From a bacterium (GTDB taxonomy: Bacteria > Muiribacteriota > UBA6191): 10,719 bases of DNA. Of the stretch, positions 1-5,568 are shown one piece after another. Both the position numbers and the translations under genes were made by a program. Positions within the stretch are counted from its first letter, which is position 1; each line of letters opens with the position of its first letter. The stretch is from assembly GCA_036339875.1 (NCBI GenBank), contig JAYZAC010000028.1:1-10719 (forward strand), read 5' to 3'. The notes under the pieces are model-generated. The model did not search any database, had not been told where the DNA came from, and was given only the letters and a program-made list of their open reading frames with translations.

Positions 1-162
1 ATCGGTGGTAAGTTCAAGTTTTTCTATTTCATCTTTGATACGAAGTTTAATATTTTCTAAGTCGGTAATTTCTTTGAAGAAGTCTGAAATACTAGCAAAG
101 GAATTTTGTGAAAATAAATTTAAAAATATCATCAATATGAGACATACAGTTTTAAATGACAT
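1..162 (-). CDS. Secreted hypothetical protein, 5' part only (runs off the window edge)
   Basis: ATG at 162..160 with SD-like AGAGGT 6 nt upstream. The frame is open to position 1: MSFKTVCLILMIFLNLFSQNSFA-SISDFFKEITDLENIKLRIKDEIEKLELTTD. Lys, then a hydrophobic core, then S-F-A fits a Sec/SPI signal peptide. Confidence 0.75.
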   Translation of the reverse strand, partial: MSFKTVCLILMIFLNLFSQNSFASISDFFKEITDLENIKLRIKDEIEKLELTTD

Positions 163-202
163 CTTGAGACCTCTGTTACACATACTCACTAAAGATTCGC
201 GT

Positions 203-230
203 AGATTAAGGATATTAAAAAAACTGGCAA
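203..230 (-). promoter_or_regulatory. Candidate sigma70-type promoter for the minus-strand secreted protein
   Basis: TTGCCA (230..225) - 16 nt - TAATCT (208..203) on the minus strand, about 40 nt upstream of the ATG at 162. Confidence 0.4.
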
Positions 231-292
231 GTCTTTGTTTAAACAATAATTTAATCTTTTTAATAGCTTGCTTCGTAAACTTTGAATAAAAG

Positions 293-321
293 ATGACAAG
301 TAGATTGTCCTGAACTATCCT
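293..321 (+). promoter_or_regulatory. Candidate sigma70-type promoter for the DUF2797-like gene
   Basis: ATGACA (293-298) - 17 nt - TATCCT (316-321), followed by SD GAGGGGAG (334-341) and ATG 347. Confidence 0.45.
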
Positions 322-346
322 CTGAGCCTTCTTGAGGGGAGTTAAT

Positions 347-1138
347 ATGCATACGCAGGGCACTATCACTGACAAGATGAGATCAGAATTAATTGATAGT
401 AAGGTCCATTATGAATTAGTTTTGGATGGTTTGGGTCTAGAGTTGAATCCTTTGATAGGCCAATCTATCGTTTTAGAATTTAGTGGTCGTTCAAGTTGCT
501 TAAATTGCGGTGATCGAAAAGTTTTCAAACAAGGTTACTGTTTTGTTTGCACACAGAAGTTACCTCAATGCGATTTCTGTATTCTAAGTCCGGATAAATG
601 CCATTATGATCAGGGAACTTGTCGCGACGATTCATTTGCTAAAAAACACTGTTTCATTCCACATATCGTATACCTCTCGTTGTCCTCACATGTAAAAGTA
701 GGTGTCACGCGAAAAGGTAACGAAAAAACTCGTTGGGTTGATCAAGGCGCTGTGGCTGGTCTACCTATTTTCGTAACACAAGATCGAAAAACAGCTGGAT
801 TGCTAGAAGTGGATTTAAAGAGTATTTTCTCAGACAAAACTAGTTGGCAGCGGATGTTAAAGGGTGTCCCCAGTGAAGAATCTTCGGTACTTGAGCAAAA
901 GCGTTTAATGGCATATGAGGCTACTCCGCAATGGGATGATCAAAGAGTCGCATCAGATTTGACTGAGATTGATTATCCGGTAAATGAATATCCTACGAAA
1001 ATCAAATCGTATAATATTGATAAAACTCCTAAGATTGAGGACAAATTACTAGGTATTAAAGGTCAGTATTTGATTTTTGAAAACGCAGTACTAAATATAC
1101 GAAAATTTCAAGGTTACCAACTACAAATCATATTTTAA
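347..1138 (+). CDS. DUF2797-family protein, Cys-rich (263 aa)
   Basis: CxxC..CxxC..CxxC cluster, PHIVYLSLSSHVKVGVTR, RWVDQGA, DKTSWQRMLK and GIKGQYLIF match DUF2797 proteins as I recall them. ATG 347 is preferred over TTG 332 because the SD lies between them. Confidence 0.85.
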   Translation: MHTQGTITDKMRSELIDSKVHYELVLDGLGLELNPLIGQSIVLEFSGRSSCLNCGDRKVFKQGYCFVCTQKLPQCDFCILSPDKCHYDQGTCRDDSFAKKHCFIPHIVYLSLSSHVKVGVTRKGNEKTRWVDQGAVAGLPIFVTQDRKTAGLLEVDLKSIFSDKTSWQRMLKGVPSEESSVLEQKRLMAYEATPQWDDQRVASDLTEIDYPVNEYPTKIKSYNIDKTPKIEDKLLGIKGQYLIFENAVLNIRKFQGYQLQIIF

Positions 1139-1165
1139 GATTAGTGATATGTGGTAAATAAAGTC

Positions 1166-1194
1166 TTGACTTAGTGTATTAAGACTACTATATT
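1166..1194 (+). promoter_or_regulatory. Strong sigma70-type promoter of the rpsF operon
   Basis: TTGACT (1166-1171) - 17 nt - TATATT (1189-1194); both boxes match consensus at 5/6. Predicted TSS is near 1200-1201. Confidence 0.75.
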
Positions 1195-1200
1195 AACGCG

Positions 1201-1277
1201 TCTTTCTCGAGTAGGGTGATTTATTTCCACTAAGTATGCCTTACTCTCTATATTAATTTGAACCAGGGGGAAGAGAT
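1201..1277 (+). ncRNA. Probable S6:S18 ribosomal-protein leader (cis-regulatory 5' UTR of rpsF)
   Basis: Hairpin 1209-1223/1231-1246 (GAGUAGGGUG...UGCCUUACUC). UCUUUCUC (1201-1208) can pair with the SD region GGGGAAGA (1267-1274). An unpaired CCA (1263-1265) sits immediately 5' of the SD, like the CCR motif of known rpsF leaders. Confidence 0.55.
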
Positions 1278-1622
1278 ATGGAATCTATCCGTCGATACGA
1301 GATGATGGTCCTTGCAGACCCAAATGTGGATGAAAACAAAATAAATATCTTATTTGATAAGCTTGCTGATTTAGGTGGCAAACTGGGTGCCAAGCTTGTC
1401 AACAGATCATTATGGGGCAAAAGACGACTTGCTTATGAGATTAAAGATCTCAAAGAAGGTGTGTACTACATTTTAGACATCGAAAGTGTTCCATCCGCAG
1501 TAAATAAATTAGAATCATATCTAAAAATTCAGAATGAAGTCTTGCGTTTCCTGACTGTAGTAAAGGGTGAGCGGACTGAAGAGCAGAGTATTACAGAACA
1601 AAGTTCTGAAGCTAGTGCTTAA
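1278..1622 (+). CDS. rpsF: 30S ribosomal protein S6
   Basis: RRYEMMV, WGKRRLAYEIK, EGVYY and EVLRFL motifs; SD AGGGGG; first gene of rpsF-ssb-rpsR. Confidence 0.98.
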   Translation: MESIRRYEMMVLADPNVDENKINILFDKLADLGGKLGAKLVNRSLWGKRRLAYEIKDLKEGVYYILDIESVPSAVNKLESYLKIQNEVLRFLTVVKGERTEEQSITEQSSEASA

Positions 1623-1649
1623 TTTCCAAAGCTAATTTAAGGAGAGTAA

Positions 1650-2099
1650 ATGGCCGCTTTCAATAAGGTTATTTTGATGGGAAACCTAACCAGAGATCCA
1701 GAGTTGAGATACACACCCGATGGGATGGCTATTTGTAATTTTGGAATAGCTGTCAATGATAGTTATCGGCGGGGTTCGGACGGCGATGCCAAGGATGAAA
1801 CGATGTTCATTGATGTTGCCACCTTTCGTAAGCAGGCTGAGAATTGTGGCCAGTATTTAAAGAAGGGAAGACGAGTTCTCATTGAAGGACGACTTCGATT
1901 AGAACGATGGCAAGCGCAAGATGGTGCTAATAGAAGTAAGCACACAGTGAGTGCAAATGTTGTTCAGTTTCTATCTGTAGGTGAGGAGCGTAGCGGTAGT
2001 AATGAAAGCACGAGTGCATCAGATAGTGCTCCATCCAAATCCGAAACTGTAAATATTTCAGCTATTGATGATATAAGTGATGATGAAATTCCGTTCTAA
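1650..2099 (+). CDS. ssb: Single-stranded DNA-binding protein
   Basis: NKVILMGNLTRDPELRYT and YLKKGRRVLIEGRL motifs; acidic C-terminal tip DDEIPF; SD AAGGAG. Confidence 0.98.
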   Translation: MAAFNKVILMGNLTRDPELRYTPDGMAICNFGIAVNDSYRRGSDGDAKDETMFIDVATFRKQAENCGQYLKKGRRVLIEGRLRLERWQAQDGANRSKHTVSANVVQFLSVGEERSGSNESTSASDSAPSKSETVNISAIDDISDDEIPF

Positions 2100-2174
2100 T
2101 TCAATTAGAAGCGGAATAAAGTAATAAATTCCGGCCAAATTTTGTCGGTTTGGTCGCGCGGATCGGAGGTCCAT

Positions 2175-2480
2175 ATGCCCAGGAATTACGACAACGGAAA
2201 AAAGAAGAAAAAAGAGAAAAAAAGACAAAGAAAACTCTTGCTGCAGCAGAAACTTGGTCTTGAACCTAAAAAGAAGTATTGTCATTTCAAAAAAGAAGGC
2301 ATTAACGAGATAGATTATAAAGATACTGCTCTTCTTAAGCGTTTTATTACAGATAAAGGTGCGATTGTCCCAGCTAGGAATACTGGAACTTCAAAGCACA
2401 TGCAAATTAAGTTGACTGCAGCCATCAAGCGCGCAAGATTTATGGCATTAATACCTTATTGCCCACAGAAATATTTGTAG
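2175..2480 (+). CDS. rpsR: 30S ribosomal protein S18 with Lys-rich N-terminal extension (101 aa)
   Basis: IDYKD..LLKRFIT..G.IVP.R.TG and [13 protein letters not shown] motifs. The start is ATG 2175, preceded by GGAGGT (2165-2170), rather than TTG 2142. Confidence 0.97.
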   Translation: MPRNYDNGKKKKKEKKRQRKLLLQQKLGLEPKKKYCHFKKEGINEIDYKDTALLKRFITDKGAIVPARNTGTSKHMQIKLTAAIKRARFMALIPYCPQKYL

Positions 2481-2484
2481 GATT

Positions 2485-3528
2485 ATGAAGCAGAAGGCTA
2501 TGACACGCGCAGCGATGATGGTTGCCTTAACAGTAGTTTTGGCATTATCTTCCCAAATTCCACTGCTCAGTGGGTTTGGACTATTTTTGCTGCCTTTGCC
2601 TCTAGCTATCGTCGGTCTGATGCACGGGCCCAGCGCTCAAATATTGGGTGTTCTGTCCGTAACAATCCTATTAAGTGTTTGGATGGGACCATTAGGTTCT
2701 TTATTTTATTTACCTTTCGCAGTAACTTCAATGGTACTCGGTCTAGGTTTCCACTATCGAGTTTCTGTTAAGTGGATTTTAACGGGTGGGGTTCTTCTGA
2801 TTGGGGCTGCTGCATGGTTGAACATGACGGCAGTAGCTCATTTTCAGGGAATCGATTTAAACAGTGAGGCAAAAAAGGTAAGAGATACTGTTATTGAGCA
2901 TTTTGATGCTCAATTTATCGAATCGGCTAAGCAAGAAAGAGCAAAGTTACTCAAAGAGTATGACGCTATGCGTGGAAATGTGACCGCTGGTGTAAACGAG
3001 CTAGAGGATAAGAAACGTCAGCTTGATCGTGCTGTTAAATTAGAGGAGACTCAGATTCAGACTCGTGAGAGTTTAGAACTAATGTTGAAGTACCAAGCTC
3101 CATTTTTGATGTTTTTCTTGTTCGTTGGACTAGTTTTCGAGGTACTACTATTGAGAAGTATTTCGCGACGCATGCGCCTGATGGAGATTCCCTCGATTGG
3201 GTTTAGTACTTGGAAGTGTCCTGGCGGGATTAGTTGGCTTTTATTAGTATTTCTACTGATATCTGTTTGGAGTCAGCAAAGTATTTTACAAGAGGGTACT
3301 GCCACTTGGTTGATTAGTCTTAGTTTCGCAGTGCAGATTATATATTTTGTATTCGGATTATCATTTATGACTTTTTTGATGATGCAGTATCAGGTTTCTG
3401 TTCCGCTCAGAGTCATACTTTATGGTCTGAGTATATTTTACGGGCCTGTGCTCGTATTTTTAGGAATTTTTGACAGTTTATTTAATTTTAGGAAGGCGTA
3501 TTTCAACGCCCCGCAGCAGACTACATAA
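2485..3528 (+). CDS. DUF2232 / YybS-like multi-pass membrane protein
   Basis: Many hydrophobic segments, N-terminal LLPLPLAIV and C-terminal LGIFDSLFNFRK. The position between rpsR and rplI is typical of the family. Confidence 0.85.
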   Translation: MKQKAMTRAAMMVALTVVLALSSQIPLLSGFGLFLLPLPLAIVGLMHGPSAQILGVLSVTILLSVWMGPLGSLFYLPFAVTSMVLGLGFHYRVSVKWILTGGVLLIGAAAWLNMTAVAHFQGIDLNSEAKKVRDTVIEHFDAQFIESAKQERAKLLKEYDAMRGNVTAGVNELEDKKRQLDRAVKLEETQIQTRESLELMLKYQAPFLMFFLFVGLVFEVLLLRSISRRMRLMEIPSIGFSTWKCPGGISWLLLVFLLISVWSQQSILQEGTATWLISLSFAVQIIYFVFGLSFMTFLMMQYQVSVPLRVILYGLSIFYGPVLVFLGIFDSLFNFRKAYFNAPQQTT

Positions 3529-3559
3529 AGATTGCTGCAGATAATAGAGGAGCTTGATC

Positions 3560-4099
3560 ATGGAATTGATTTTAACGCAAGATGTACCTAACGTAGGTAT
3601 TGCTAATGAGGTCGTTCGCGTTAAGGATGGTTTCGCTAGAAACTATCTATTGCCTAGAAAACTTGCAGTGATAGCAACTAGTGCAAGTGTTAATGAGCGA
3701 GCAGCTAAGATACAGAAGGCAAAAGAGCGAAAAGCAATTCGTTTGGCTGAAGCTTCAGAACTTGCTGAGCGTATGTCACGCTTGAAAGTTAGCTTTGAGC
3801 GCAAGGCATCTGAAGAGGGTCGACTTTTTGGTTCCGTTACCAAGGAAGATATAGTTTCCGCTCTTGCAGAGTTGCATCATATTACGATTGATCGTAAGCA
3901 GATGCATTTACCCACAGCTCTCAAGACTTTAGGAGAAACTCAGGTTAAGATTAGACTCGAGACCGGAATTTCTGGTGTTTTAGATATCGAAATAACTCCT
4001 GAGGGAGGTTCGGTGGCTGAGGTTGAACCAAACACAGCAACCCAGAGTTCGACTACTGATCAAGGTGAAGCGACAGTAAGCGAAGAATCAGCTGAATAG
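3560..4099 (+). CDS. rplI: 50S ribosomal protein L9 with acidic C-terminal tail (179 aa)
   Basis: MELILTQDV, VKDGFARNYLLP and GRLFGSVT motifs. SD GAGGAG (3547-3552) is 7 nt before ATG 3560, which is preferred over TTG 3554. Confidence 0.98.
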   Translation: MELILTQDVPNVGIANEVVRVKDGFARNYLLPRKLAVIATSASVNERAAKIQKAKERKAIRLAEASELAERMSRLKVSFERKASEEGRLFGSVTKEDIVSALAELHHITIDRKQMHLPTALKTLGETQVKIRLETGISGVLDIEITPEGGSVAEVEPNTATQSSTTDQGEATVSEESAE

Positions 4100-4113
4100 C
4101 CTAAATTAAACTC

Positions 4114-4178
4114 AATTAAAAGATCCATCATACGGAATAATTTTTATTCCATACATTGATGGGTCTTTTTTAATTTTT
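4114..4178 (+). terminator. Intrinsic terminator-like hairpin after rplI (possibly bidirectional)
   Basis: AAAAGATCCATCA (4118-4130) pairs with TGATGGGTCTTTT (4157-4169); inner stem GGAATAA/TTATTCC (4134-4150); T-tract TTTTTTAATTTTT (4166-4178). Confidence 0.75.
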
Positions 4179-4192
4179 ATCAGCGCAGGCTT

Positions 4193-4201
4193 TGGTATAA
4201 T
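4193..4201 (+). promoter_or_regulatory. Extended -10 promoter for dnaB
   Basis: Perfect TGnTATAAT (TGGTATAAT) with no recognisable -35, ending 11 nt before the dnaB ATG. Confidence 0.65.
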
Positions 4202-4212
4202 TCAAAATTGAT

Positions 4213-5568
4213 ATGGAAGAATCTCTCCAACACGTTCCACCTAATAATCATTCGGCTGAGTTGACCGTGCTCAGCTCAATAATTACTTGGCCCGAGAAAC
4301 TTACCGAAATACAGGTCAATCTTCGTCCCGAGCACTTTTATAAAAAAATACATCAAGAGATATTTGGTGCTATGGTGCAGTTGGATACTGACTCCCAGAC
4401 AATAGATTTCGTAACTTTAAATGAGAAGCTGTCTACCTCAAAAATTTATAAGGATGTAGGAGGAGAACGTTATCTCGATCAAGTCGCTGCAGTAGTACCA
4501 GCGGCGGAACCGAGAACGCATGTAGAAATTCTTATTCAAAAGGCTAAGCTTCGCCATTTAATCCATACGGTTAATCGACTTAGATCGGCAGCTTTCGAAG
4601 AACCGGAAGATGTTGATATTTTCATTCAGCAAGCGGAAGCAAATATTTTGCAAATTGCTGAGGTCAGGGAAGAAAGAACATTCAGACATATCAAATCTAT
4701 TGCAGAGAATGCTTTTGAAGAAATTGCAAATGCATTTTACGATAGTAAAGAAACGATGCCCGGTATTGTATCTAAGCTAAGTGATTTAGATAATCTAACT
4801 CTTGGTTTTAAGCGCGGTGATATGATTATTCTGGGAGCTAGACCTTCTATGGGTAAAACTGCTTTAGCATTACATCTTGCTCGGGCAGTATGTGTGGAAC
4901 AAAAACTACCAACGGCTTTATATTCATTGGAGATGCCGGCGGAGCAACTTATGACAAGGTTCTTTTCAGCTCAAGGAAAGATTGATGGTCGTAATTTGCA
5001 AGTTGGTAAGCTTAATGCTAAAGAAATTGGAGATCTGAACAGAGCTTTGAGTGCATTGTCTGCTAGTCCAATGTTCATAAACGATCAGAGTGCAATGACA
5101 CTCTACGATATCCGTAATGATTTGCGCAGGATGAATCGAAAATTAGAAGCTGACAAAAAAAAGTTAGAGCTAGTGATCATTGATTATTTGCAGTTAGTTC
5201 TGTCTACAGAAAAGAAATCAAGTGAACAAGAGAGAGTTGCGGAGCTTTCAAGAGGTATCAAAAATATCGCTCGTGAATTTCAGGTTCCAGTAATATGTTT
5301 ATCGCAACTATCCAGAAAAGTTGACGATCGTAAAGATAAACGTCCCATGCTTTCTGATTTGAGAGAGTCGGGCGCGATTGAGCAAGATGCAGATCAAGTC
5401 ATGTTCATTCATAGGCCCGAATACTATGAACCGGATGTTATAGAAGAGCGTGGTAAAGCTGAAATTATAGTTGCAAAAAATCGTAATGGACAGACGGGCA
5501 CCGCAGTAGTTAATTTTGATAAATCTACCGGTCGTTTTCAGAATCTTGCTGGCATTTCGGGTTCATAG
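4213..5568 (+). CDS. dnaB: Replicative DNA helicase DnaB
   Basis: Walker A GARPSMGKT, SLEM, IIDYLQL, LSQLSR, RPMLSDLRESGAIEQDAD and AKNRNGQTG motifs; 451 aa with no intein. Confidence 0.98.
   Translation: MEESLQHVPPNNHSAELTVLSSIITWPEKLTEIQVNLRPEHFYKKIHQEIFGAMVQLDTDSQTIDFVTLNEKLSTSKIYKDVGGERYLDQVAAVVPAAEPRTHVEILIQKAKLRHLIHTVNRLRSAAFEEPEDVDIFIQQAEANILQIAEVREERTFRHIKSIAENAFEEIANAFYDSKETMPGIVSKLSDLDNLTLGFKRGDMIILGARPSMGKTALALHLARAVCVEQKLPTALYSLEMPAEQLMTRFFSAQGKIDGRNLQVGKLNAKEIGDLNRALSALSASPMFINDQSAMTLYDIRNDLRRMNRKLEADKKKLELVIIDYLQLVLSTEKKSSEQERVAELSRGIKNIAREFQVPVICLSQLSRKVDDRKDKRPMLSDLRESGAIEQDADQVMFIHRPEYYEPDVIEERGKAEIIVAKNRNGQTGTAVVNFDKSTGRFQNLAGISGS

Noticed and set aside
5..289. 94-aa plus-strand ORF from the track
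   Set aside because: It is antisense to the better-supported minus-strand signal-peptide gene and its promoter, has no recognisable motif, and its start lies at the window edge.
1139..1277. DnaA boxes or a replication origin near rpsF/dnaB
   Set aside because: No TTWTNCACA consensus match was found in the intergenic regions; TTATTTCCAC at 1221 is only a partial resemblance inside the leader hairpin.
1763..1945. 60-aa minus-strand ORF
   Set aside because: Antisense shadow lying entirely within ssb.
2198..2223. In-frame A_AAA_AAG slippery heptamer and A-runs in rpsR
   Set aside because: Expected from the poly-Lys tract. I see no strong downstream stimulatory hairpin, and the -1 frame stops after about 20 codons, so programmed frameshifting is unsupported.
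2058..2285. 75-aa hydrophobic minus-strand ORF (possible small membrane toxin)
   Set aside because: Its Phe/Leu richness is just the reverse complement of the Lys codons of rpsR, and it overlaps two essential genes.
3643..3843. 66-aa minus-strand ORF
   Set aside because: Antisense shadow within rplI.
4001..4099. Acidic low-complexity tail on L9 (and a shorter one on S6)
   Set aside because: Such tails are common in many bacterial lineages and are not distinctive.
4213..5568. Intein in DnaB
   Set aside because: The length (451 aa) is normal and the motifs at the usual insertion sites are contiguous.
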